DNA from: Eubacteriales bacterium
GTDB lineage: Bacteria; Bacillota; Clostridia; Oscillospirales; CAG-272
Direction: 5' to 3'
Assembly: GCA_045533505.1 (NCBI GenBank)
Contig: JAZSHY010000014.1
Span: forward strand, 28,361-92,360
DNA length: 64,000 nt
Below, piece by piece: positions 37,693 through 45,086 of this stretch. The first letter of the stretch is position 1. Every line of letters begins with the position of its first letter. Below the pieces are notes generated by a model. It saw only the letters and a program-made list of their open reading frames with translations, made no database searches and was not told where the DNA came from. The translations under genes were made by a program, and so were the position numbers.

Positions 37693-37956
37693 ATGAAGCA
37701 AAAATCTTTTCTCCTTACCTACCTTGCCTCGCTGAGCGAGCATTCGGTGCGCCTCCTCGCCGTCGGCCTTATTCCTATTTTTCTGGCGCTCGCCTTTCTC
37801 CTTTACGCGCATAACGCGCCCCCCTCCTTCCCGTACGGGAGCCTATGGCTCGCCCGCTCCTTTGCCTTCTGGGTGGACAGCGTGGGCATTTCTCTTTTGC
37901 TTCTTATGGGCGGGGTATTCGTACTCGACTATTCCGAGAAGCATGACGCTTCCTGA
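37693..37956 (+). CDS. Small hypothetical membrane protein (87 aa)
   Basis: RBS AAAGGAG lies 8 nt upstream. There are three hydrophobic helices (e.g. LLAVGLIPIFLALAFLLY and GISLLLLMGGVFVL). No family recognised. Confidence 0.45.
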   Translation: MKQKSFLLTYLASLSEHSVRLLAVGLIPIFLALAFLLYAHNAPPSFPYGSLWLARSFAFWVDSVGISLLLLMGGVFVLDYSEKHDAS

Positions 37957-38552
37957 GGGCGCACCGTAAAAGAGTCACTCGGAAGGCCGTCGCGGGAAGC
38001 CCCGCTTCAAAATCTCGCCAAAAGTCCCCGGCGAAGCCCTCAACAAAAGCCCCCGGCAAAGGTGCCACCCATAGGAAAGGAGCCATCGCGGGACAGGGTG
38101 AGGCTTTTTCTCCGCAGGCTCCCCCCTTACCCCCGTCGTCCCTTCGGGGTAAGGGGCCTAATTCCGCTTTTTCCGCAAAGGCACTCCCGTAGCTTAGCAA
38201 AACCAAGCACGGGGGTGTTTTTGTTGTTTTTTCAAAAAATGCGGCTCTACGGTTTGTAGAGTACCCGTTTTTTCTCTCTACTCCCCCATTCGCAGTCTCT
38301 ACTTCAAGAATTTTTTTCGTTTCCTCTTCAAATTGCTTCGTAGCTTGCATGTTTTCCCGCGGCGCGGTACAATCCTATATAGGAAAGGCTCCGCCGTGCC
38401 GAAGGTGCAAGGCGAAATGGAAAAGCCGAAAGAAAACGAAACGCAAGAAAGTGTGCGGAAGGGCACGCGGGTTGCTTCAAGGCTACATAAAAAGTATATA
38501 GAGTGTCAACTGCAAAAAACGCATGCCAAGGCATGGCGCCAAGTGCGAACGG

Positions 38553-38600
38553 AAGGAGAACCGTATGAACCGTATAAAGGAGAACCGTATGAACCGTATA
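38553..38600 (+). repeat. Perfect 24-bp tandem duplication spanning RBS and start codon
   Basis: AAGGAGAACCGTATGAACCGTATA occurs twice in tandem (38553-38576 and 38577-38600). Each copy contains AAGGAGA plus an in-frame ATG (38565 and 38589). Confidence 0.9.
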
Positions 38601-39416
38601 GATGAAAGAACAGATAGAAAACGCCCTGCAAACGAAGGGCTTGTAAGGCTTGCAAACGAAGGAACGGCAAAAAGCCGGCTTGACTGCCGTCCTTATCCCT
38701 CGTGGATTACAAGCACAAGCGCCCTCCCCCCCAGCTACTGCGGCGCCGACAAGGCTCTGAGCCTCATGGGAGCCTTCTCTCTCCTTGTGGATACCGCCGC
38801 CGTTCACTGCGAGCGAATCGGCACGGGCTGTGCCGACATGGCAGAGGCGCACCGCTTCTGGCTTATGACACGGGCGCGCATCGTCTTTCACCGCCGCCCC
38901 TCTATGATGGAGGAAATCACGGTCACCACCTGGCCCGAGGCACCGCGCCATTTTCTCTGCAACCGCAATTACACAGTAGAGGGGAACGGAGGACTCCTTC
39001 TTGAGGGGTACCACGAATGGGCGGTGCTTGACACCGACACCCTGCAGCCGATTCGCACCGAGGAAATCTACCCCGCTGCTTTTTCTCCCTTGCCGAGGAC
39101 AGGGCCCTCGCCCTTCTCGCGCCTCCGTGATACTCTCGGCGAGGATACGCTCAGCTACACGTACAAGGTCGCCGCCTCGGACATCGACTTCGGGAACCAC
39201 GTGAACAACACGCGGTATATCCGCATGCTGACCGACAGCTTTTCGGTTCGGGAGTTTTCGGAGCTCTCGCTCCGCGAAGCGGAAATCCAGTACCTGAGCT
39301 CGGCCACCGAGGGTGAGGTGCTTGGAATTTTCAAGGAAAGAACCGAGGACGGCTACCGCTTTGCCATCCGCCATGAGGACGGCAGAACGGCGGCGCTTGC
39401 CCGTTTCGTCGCATAA
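38565..39416 (+). CDS. Acyl-[acyl-carrier-protein] thioesterase
   Basis: Double hotdog pattern: ...HRFWLMTRARIVFHRRPSMMEEITVTTWPE...RNYTVEG...GYHEWAVLD... and ...YKVAASDIDFGNHVNNTRYIRML. The start is ATG 38565 or 38589 (duplicated); the listed ATG at 38523 lacks an RBS. Confidence 0.8.
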   Translation: MNRIKENRMNRIDERTDRKRPANEGLVRLANEGTAKSRLDCRPYPSWITSTSALPPSYCGADKALSLMGAFSLLVDTAAVHCERIGTGCADMAEAHRFWLMTRARIVFHRRPSMMEEITVTTWPEAPRHFLCNRNYTVEGNGGLLLEGYHEWAVLDTDTLQPIRTEEIYPAAFSPLPRTGPSPFSRLRDTLGEDTLSYTYKVAASDIDFGNHVNNTRYIRMLTDSFSVREFSELSLREAEIQYLSSATEGEVLGIFKERTEDGYRFAIRHEDGRTAALARFVA

Positions 39417-39433
39417 GACGCAGAAGCGGCACG

Positions 39434-39475
39434 GCACCGTTCGCTCCCGCAAGGGGAGAGGGCGGTGCTTTTTTC
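39434..39475 (+). terminator. Intrinsic terminator after the thioesterase gene
   Basis: GCACCG...CTCCC-GCAAG-GGGAG...CGGTGC followed by TTTTTT. Confidence 0.65.
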
Positions 39476-39629
39476 TGCGCCGCATAAGGGCGCCCGGTTG
39501 CGCGGAACCGGAATTTCCAGAAATTCCCTTGCTTTTTTGCGTTTTTTGTGCTATGTTATACTTGGTATAGTAGGGACCACTTCGTAAATCCCGATAAAAA
39601 AGACGACTCAAAAAGCACAAGGAGACACT

Positions 39630-41399
39630 ATGGGAATTTTTGAAGCACTCGCCATGCTCGGCGGCTTATGCCTTTTCCTCTTTGGAATGAACCTTATGGG
39701 CAGCGCGCTTGAGAGGCGAGCAGGAAACCGCCTTCGCAGCATTCTCGGCAAACTGACAAACAACCCGTTTGCGGGCTTTCTGACAGGCCTTGGCATTACC
39801 TCTGTCATTCAGTCCTCCTCTGCCACAACGGTCATGGTGGTGGGCTTTGTCAACTCGGGGCTGATGACGCTGCGTCAGTCCGTCGCGGTGATTATGGGGG
39901 CCAACGTCGGCACCACGGTCACGGCGTGGGTTCTGAGCCTTGGAGGCATTTCGGGCAATGTCGGCTTTTTCCTGAAGCTCCTGAAGCCCTCCTCCTTCAC
40001 CCCTGTTCTTGCGCTCATCGGTATCATTTTTTATATGTTCCTCAAGGGGGACAAGCGGAAGGATACCGGCATGATACTCCTCGGCTTTGCCACCCTTATG
40101 TTCGGTATGGAGGCCATGTCGGATGCCGTAAGCGGCCTTGCCGAGGCCGAAGGCTTCCGCCAAGTCTTCATGATGTTTGAAAATCCCATTCTCGGTATGC
40201 TGGCAGGAGCCGTGCTCACCGCCTTGATTCAATCCTCGTCGGCCTCTGTCGGTATTCTGCAGGCACTTGCCGTGGGAACGGGCGCCGTCACCTTTGGCGC
40301 AGCCATCCCGATTATGATGGGTATGGGCATCGGCACCTGCATCACCGCCATGCTCTCCTCCATCGGCGCGAACAAGGACGCACGCCGCGCCGCAGTCGTC
40401 CATCTCTTCTTCAATATACTCGGCACCGCCGTATGGCTTACCGTCTTCTGCATCGTCTCGGTCTTCCTCCCCGAAGGGCTTTTGCAAACCCCCGTCGGCG
40501 TGCTTGGTATTCCGATAGCCAACACCGCCTTCAAGGCACTCTGCACGCTTCTCTTCTTCCCCATGCCGGGCGTCCTTGTTTTTATCGCACGCAAGCTGAT
40601 TCCCGACAGCAAGGAGCCCGACGAGGTGGCCGAGCTTGACGAGCGCCTTTTGAAAACTCCTCCGCTTGCCCTTTCTGCCAGCCACAACCTGACCGTCACC
40701 ATGGCCAATACGGCAGTTCGCTCACTGAAGAACGCCATGCTCTCTCTTACCGCCTACACGCCCGAGCTTGCCGCCGGTGTCCGTGCGGACGAGGAGAAGA
40801 GCGACCACTACGAGGACGTCCTCGGTGATTACCTCGTGCGCCTCAGCACCGCTAAGCTCGACGATGCCGACAGTGCGGAGGCCGCCAAGCTCCTTCACCT
40901 GATTGGTGACTTCGAAAGAATTTCCGACCACAGCGTAAATGTCCTGGAGGCGGCTGAGGAGCTTCTCGAAAAGAAGCTTGCCTTCTCCGACTCTGCCGCG
41001 GGTGAGCTCTCCGTGCTTTGCCGCGCCGTCGGCGAAAGCCTTGACCTCGCTCTTTTCGCCTTTTCCAATGCCGATTATGAGGCCGCCCTCTCGGTGGAGC
41101 CGCTGGAGCAGGTGATTGACGAGCTGAAAAAGAAGCTGCGCAGCGCTCACATTTTGCGCATGCAGAAGGGCATGTGCAGCATTGAGGCGGGCTTTGTTTG
41201 GTCCGACCTTCTCACAAACCTTGAGCGCGTTTCGGACCATTGCTCGAATATCGCGGGGTGCCTCCTCGATATGGGAAGCAAGGGGCTCGCACTTCACGAA
41301 ACCCTGCGCGCCCTCCGCGAGGATGACAGCGACTATGCTCGCCGCCACGCCGCCTATCGGGAGCGCTTTGCCCTCCCCGCGGACACGGCGCAGCCCTGA
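39630..41399 (+). CDS. Na+/phosphate cotransporter family protein with C-terminal PhoU-like domain
   Basis: 589 aa. Contains the duplicated NaPi-II motifs (ITSVIQSSSATTVMVVGFV and LTALIQSSSASVGIL). The C-terminal helical repeats carry ERISDH / ERVSDH PhoU-type motifs. Confidence 0.9.
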   Translation: MGIFEALAMLGGLCLFLFGMNLMGSALERRAGNRLRSILGKLTNNPFAGFLTGLGITSVIQSSSATTVMVVGFVNSGLMTLRQSVAVIMGANVGTTVTAWVLSLGGISGNVGFFLKLLKPSSFTPVLALIGIIFYMFLKGDKRKDTGMILLGFATLMFGMEAMSDAVSGLAEAEGFRQVFMMFENPILGMLAGAVLTALIQSSSASVGILQALAVGTGAVTFGAAIPIMMGMGIGTCITAMLSSIGANKDARRAAVVHLFFNILGTAVWLTVFCIVSVFLPEGLLQTPVGVLGIPIANTAFKALCTLLFFPMPGVLVFIARKLIPDSKEPDEVAELDERLLKTPPLALSASHNLTVTMANTAVRSLKNAMLSLTAYTPELAAGVRADEEKSDHYEDVLGDYLVRLSTAKLDDADSAEAAKLLHLIGDFERISDHSVNVLEAAEELLEKKLAFSDSAAGELSVLCRAVGESLDLALFAFSNADYEAALSVEPLEQVIDELKKKLRSAHILRMQKGMCSIEAGFVWSDLLTNLERVSDHCSNIAGCLLDMGSKGLALHETLRALREDDSDYARRHAAYRERFALPADTAQP

Positions 41400-41451
41400 G
41401 CCCCATGCCATAGAAAAAACCGCCAAAGACAGCTCTTTGGCAGTTTTTTCT

Positions 41452-42006
41452 TTATTCCTCGCTGTACTCGGCGATATAGGGGAGGTTGCGGTAGTATTCT
41501 CCGCAATCAAGACCGTAGCCGATAACAAAATGGTCGGGAATGGTGAAGAGCGAAAGGTCGGCACGAAAATCGACAATGCGGCGCGAGGGCTTGTCAAGCA
41601 GTGTCACCACGTGAAGCGAGCGCGGCTGCCGCCCCTGCAAAAGGCCGACAACATCCGAGAGGGTGCGGCCCGTATCGACAATGTCCTCCACAATGACAAC
41701 GTGGTAGTCCTTCACATCGCGGTCAAGGTCCATCGTAATCCGAACAACCCCCGAGGAGGAGGTGCCCTCATAATAGCTCTTGGCGCACATAAAGCCGATT
41801 TCGCACGGCACCGTCACGGCACGGCAGAGGTCGGAGAGAAACACGAAGGCCCCCTTCAGAATACTCACGAGGAGAATGGGGTGCCCGTCATACAGCGCAT
41901 CCACCCATTCCCCCGCGCGGCGGATGGCGGCGGAAATTTCGGCCTCCTCAATGAGGACACGCTTGATATGGGAGGAAAAATCCTCAACCGATGTGATTTT
42001 TTTCAT
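41452..42006 (-). CDS. hpt: Hypoxanthine phosphoribosyltransferase
   Basis: 184 aa. Contains LVSILKGAFVFLSDL and the PRPP loop VVIVEDIVDTGRTLS. Confidence 0.9.
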   Translation of the reverse strand: MKKITSVEDFSSHIKRVLIEEAEISAAIRRAGEWVDALYDGHPILLVSILKGAFVFLSDLCRAVTVPCEIGFMCAKSYYEGTSSSGVVRITMDLDRDVKDYHVVIVEDIVDTGRTLSDVVGLLQGRQPRSLHVVTLLDKPSRRIVDFRADLSLFTIPDHFVIGYGLDCGEYYRNLPYIAEYSEE

Positions 42007-42118
42007 AAAAAGCCCCTTTGCTTTGATTGAATGTCCCTTTCGGTTGGTTTTAGTATACTACAAAATTCACCGAATTTCAACCGTTTTCCCTATTTTCCTT
42101 TTTCCTTCTCAAAAGGCC

Positions 42119-42147
42119 TTGACTTTCCCACCTTTTCTCTGTATAAT
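42119..42147 (+). promoter_or_regulatory. Sigma-A promoter TTGACT-17-TATAAT driving the THF riboswitch-folT-folC unit
   Basis: TTGACT at 42119-42124, a 17-nt spacer, TATAAT at 42142-42147. Confidence 0.6.
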
Positions 42148-42162
42148 GGGGAAGAAATATAT

Positions 42163-42260
42163 GAAGAGTAAGCGTTGCTGCGTGAAGTGCCGTGCGGACG
42201 GGGAGTTGCCGCGCGGACGAAGGGTTCCCCCCGCGGTAGCATCGCTGCATCCCGCTTCCG
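42163..42260 (+). promoter_or_regulatory. THF (tetrahydrofolate) riboswitch aptamer
   Basis: GAAGAGUAAGCGUUGCUGCGUGAAGUGCCGUGCGGACGGGGAGUUGCCGCGCGGACGAAGGGUUCCCCCCGCGGUAGCAUCGCUGCAUCCCGCUUCC parallels the remembered THF aptamer. The shared elements are GAGUAG..GCGU.AAGUG...GGGA.GU.G.C...ACGAAG...GCGGU...CAU.GCAUCCGCUC. It lies upstream of a folate ECF S-component, the classic context. Confidence 0.75.
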
Positions 42261-42276
42261 CGCGATATAGAGCCTG

Positions 42277-42320
42277 CCTCCATTTCCGCTCGTGAATTCG
42301 GGAAAGGAGGTTTTTCTTTT
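42277..42320 (+). terminator. Expression platform: terminator hairpin whose 3' arm contains the folT RBS
   Basis: CCTCCATTTCCG (42277-42288) pairs with CGGGAAAGGAGG (42299-42310), followed by TTTTTCTTTT and then the ATG at 42321. Confidence 0.6.
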
Positions 42321-42866
42321 ATGGCAAAAGCTCACACGTCCCTGCGCCGCCACACCTATCGGCTGGCCCTCGGCGCTCTTTTTGCGGCCCTCTCGTTTCT
42401 CATCGGGCTTCTGGCCAAAACCCTGCAGGGAGGCAGCCCCCTGCGCGTTACCCTCGAGGGGCTCCCCGTGGTTCTTGCGGGGATAACGCTCGGCCCCGTC
42501 GTGGGCGGTCTTGTCGGAGTGGCGGCAGACCTCCTTTCCTGCCTGCTTGCAGGGCAGGCTCCCCTCCCCCTCATCTCCGTGGGTGCCTTTGCCCTCGGCC
42601 TTGTGCCGGGCCTTCTGAGCCTTCCCTGTCGATGGCGGCAGGAGCTTCCCTACCGCTTTCTCCCGTTGCTTTTCTATGATGGACTTGCGCACCTCGCAGG
42701 CTCGGTTCTCCTGAAAAGCGCGGCGCTCGCGCTCTTTTATCCGCTTCCCGTTTTGCTCCTCCGTATTCCCATTTACGCGGGAATTATCCTCGTTGAGAGC
42801 TATCTCCTTCATCTCTTGCTCAGCTCTCGGCTTATAAGGCACGAATTGGAGGTGCTTCTCAAATGA
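42321..42866 (+). CDS. folT: Folate-family ECF transporter S component
   Basis: 181 aa with ~6 TM helices. The N-terminus ...LALGALFAALSFLIGL is typical of ECF S components. The THF riboswitch lies upstream and folC downstream. Confidence 0.75.
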   Translation: MAKAHTSLRRHTYRLALGALFAALSFLIGLLAKTLQGGSPLRVTLEGLPVVLAGITLGPVVGGLVGVAADLLSCLLAGQAPLPLISVGAFALGLVPGLLSLPCRWRQELPYRFLPLLFYDGLAHLAGSVLLKSAALALFYPLPVLLLRIPIYAGIILVESYLLHLLLSSRLIRHELEVLLK

Positions 42867-44149
42867 ATATCGAAGAAGCCATGCGCTATATCCACAAAAC
42901 CGAATGGCAGGGCAGCCGCCCCGGGCTCTCGCGCATCTCAGCCCTTCTTGCCATGCTCGGAAATCCGCAGGATTCGCTTGCGGCCATTCACATCGCGGGC
43001 ACCAACGGCAAGGGCTCGACGAGTGCCATGCTGGCCTCGGTCCTGCGTGCTGAGGGCTACCGCACCGCCCTCTATACCTCACCCTATCTCTACCGCTTCG
43101 GTGAGCGCATTCAGGTGGACGGTGAGCCGATTCCCGACGATGCGCTTTGCCGCGTGACCGAGAGGCTGCGCCCCCTCTGTGACAGCATGGAGGACAGCCC
43201 CACCGAATTTGAGCTTATCACGGCTGCCGCCTTTTTGTATTTTGCCGAGAGAGAGGTGGATTATGCCGTGATTGAGGTGGGCATGGGCGGCAGGCTCGAT
43301 GCCACCAACGTCCTGTCCCATCCGCTTCTTTCTGTGGTGACGGGCATTGCGCTCGACCACACGGCTTACCTTGGCGACACCGTATCGGCCATTGCCCGTG
43401 AAAAGGCAGGCATTTTTCGCAGCGGAACCCCTGCCGTGGCCGGCATGCTCCTCCCCGAGGCCGCCGCCGTCCTTGCGGAGGAGGCCGCGCGAATCGGCAC
43501 TACCCTCACCTTTGCCGAGGAGGGGGCGCTCTCGGATATCGCTGCCACTCCCTACGGCACAAGCTTTTCCTACCGTGAAAGGCGGGAGGTACGCCTCCCC
43601 TTTGCCGCACTCTATCAGCCGCGGAACGCCGCCCTCGTGCTTGACGCCTGCGACGCCCTCCGCAAGCGCGGCGTAAGGCTGAGCGAGGAGTCCGTGCGAA
43701 GGGGGCTTGCCACGGTCAGCTGGCCCGGGCGCTTTGAGTATTTCAGCCATGAGCCCGACGTCGTATTTGACGGCTCCCACAACCCCGAGGGGATTGCCGC
43801 TGCCGAGGCCTCCATCCGACACCTGTACGGAGGACGTATTCTTCTCCTTACGGGCGTAATGCGCGACAAGGACTACGCCTCCATGCTCGACTGTCTTGCC
43901 GGGTGCACCGCGCGTGTTTTTGCCGTGCGCCCCGACAACCCCCGCGCTCTCCCCGCCGCCGAGCTTGCCGAGGCATGGCGCGAGAGGGGAATTCCCGCCA
44001 CCCCCCATTCTGACGTCGGGGAGGCCATGAAGGAGGCGCTTCGTGAGGCAAGGGAGGAGGGGCTCCCCCTCTTCATTCTCGGCTCGCTCTACCTTTACCG
44101 TGAGGCAAAAGACGCCTTTGACGCCGCAAAGGAAGAGCTTGGATTGTAA
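42863..44149 (+). CDS. folC: Bifunctional folylpolyglutamate synthase / dihydrofolate synthase
   Basis: Mur-ligase P-loop HIAGTNGKGST, plus VIEVGMGGRLDATN and FDGSHNPEG. Confidence 0.9.
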   Translation: MNIEEAMRYIHKTEWQGSRPGLSRISALLAMLGNPQDSLAAIHIAGTNGKGSTSAMLASVLRAEGYRTALYTSPYLYRFGERIQVDGEPIPDDALCRVTERLRPLCDSMEDSPTEFELITAAAFLYFAEREVDYAVIEVGMGGRLDATNVLSHPLLSVVTGIALDHTAYLGDTVSAIAREKAGIFRSGTPAVAGMLLPEAAAVLAEEAARIGTTLTFAEEGALSDIAATPYGTSFSYRERREVRLPFAALYQPRNAALVLDACDALRKRGVRLSEESVRRGLATVSWPGRFEYFSHEPDVVFDGSHNPEGIAAAEASIRHLYGGRILLLTGVMRDKDYASMLDCLAGCTARVFAVRPDNPRALPAAELAEAWRERGIPATPHSDVGEAMKEALREAREEGLPLFILGSLYLYREAKDAFDAAKEELGL

Positions 44150-44280
44150 AGAATACCTTGCATATAGGTCTTTTTCCGGAAGCACCTGCGCAAAAAACGC
44201 AGGTGCTTCTTTGTCGTAAAAAGAGGAGAAAAGGTGCGGCAAAGAAATCCCCTTTGCTTAAATAAAATTCTCCCCGTCAC

Positions 44281-44309
44281 TTTACAAAAGAGAAAGACTG
44301 TGGTACAAT
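44281..44309 (+). promoter_or_regulatory. Promoter-like TTTACA-17-TACAAT
   Basis: TTTACA at 44281-44286, a 17-nt spacer ending in TGG, TACAAT at 44304-44309. Confidence 0.4.
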
Positions 44310-44352
44310 AGAGGAACATCGCCGTACGGCAACATGAAGGGAGGAGAGAGGC

Positions 44353-45075
44353 TTGCGTCTTGATAAATTCTTCACCACCGTGGGGCTTCTTTCGCGGCGT
44401 GAATGTGCCGTTGCCGTGAAGCGGGGGGAAATCACCGTGAACGGCATGGTGCCGCGCGACGCGAGCGTCGCCGTGGACCCCGAAAAGGATGCCGTGACAT
44501 ACCGCGGAGAGACGGTTGCCTATCGGCAGTTCGTCTATCTCTGGCTCAATAAGCCCCCGGGGTATGTCAGTGCCACCGAGGACGGGCATCTCCCCGTGGT
44601 GACCGAGCTTGTCCCCCCCGAATACCGCCGCCTTGCGCTCTTCCCGTGCGGAAGGCTTGACCGCGACACCGTGGGGCTTATGCTCCTCACAAACGACGGA
44701 GCCCTCGCACACTCCCTGCTCTCGCCCCGCCGCGCGGTGCCGAAGGTCTACCGCTTTGAAACCTCGGCGCCTCTGCCGAGCCATGCCGAGGCCGCGCTTT
44801 CTGCGGGAATGCGGCTTGGCGAGCTCACCTGCCGCCCCGCCCATCTTGCAGCCGAGCCCTCACGCATGGGAGGCAAGCTTACCCTCACGGAGGGGAAATA
44901 CCATGAGGTGAAGCGCATGATGGCCGCCCTCGGCGCGCCCGTTTGCTACCTTGAGCGCATTGCCTTTGCGGGCATTCCGCTTGACCCTGCTCTCCCACGC
45001 GGAGAGTGCCGTCCTCTCAGGGAGGAGGAGCTTCGTATCCTCCTCGTCGCCGCAAGCTCACCCCGAACCGAATAA
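44353..45075 (+). CDS. RsuA/RluB-family pseudouridine synthase (S4 domain plus catalytic domain)
   Basis: TTG start 6 nt after GGGAGGAGAGAGG. S4 motif MRLDKFFTTVGLLSRRE..A...G.ITVNG and catalytic GRLDRDTVGLMLLTNDG. Confidence 0.85.
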   Translation: MRLDKFFTTVGLLSRRECAVAVKRGEITVNGMVPRDASVAVDPEKDAVTYRGETVAYRQFVYLWLNKPPGYVSATEDGHLPVVTELVPPEYRRLALFPCGRLDRDTVGLMLLTNDGALAHSLLSPRRAVPKVYRFETSAPLPSHAEAALSAGMRLGELTCRPAHLAAEPSRMGGKLTLTEGKYHEVKRMMAALGAPVCYLERIAFAGIPLDPALPRGECRPLREEELRILLVAASSPRTE

Positions 45076-45086
45076 AGGAGAATCCT

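Noticed and set aside
37636-38469. A shared 12-mer GAAGGGCACGCG at 37636-37647 (between the -35 and -10 of a promoter-like site) and at 38458-38469 (upstream of the thioesterase), considered as a common operator.
   Set aside because: A rough estimate for a 64-kb GC-rich window predicts on the order of hundreds of chance 12-mer pairs. There is no palindromic structure or extended similarity around the match.
38328-41597. Long minus-strand ORFs (38328..39620, 430 aa; 39666..40685, 339 aa; 40722..41597, 291 aa) opposite the thioesterase and Na/Pi cotransporter genes.
   Set aside because: They have no recognisable domains and an Arg/Gly/Ala-rich composition. The + strand genes carry clear family signatures, so these are treated as shadow ORFs. 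The same reasoning applies to 1264..2067, 8214..9035, 17040..18257, 18307..19230, 20696..21913, 30851..32152, 35768..36865, 43079..44242, 45840..47117, 47568..48725, 49143..50012, 51274..52659, 54628..55578, 55955..57256, 56790..57872, 58169..59086, 59367..60293 and 60348..61790.
45006-45086. Upstream extensions of the listed ORFs for tex (45006), trkA (51142), pcrA (51209), the DUF1015 gene (60471), nifS (59055), the SDR (55544), and the lipoprotein at 27838.
   Set aside because: Each extension lacks an RBS or overlaps the preceding gene or terminator. In each case an internal ATG with a good Shine-Dalgarno sequence starts exactly at the conserved N-terminus of the family.
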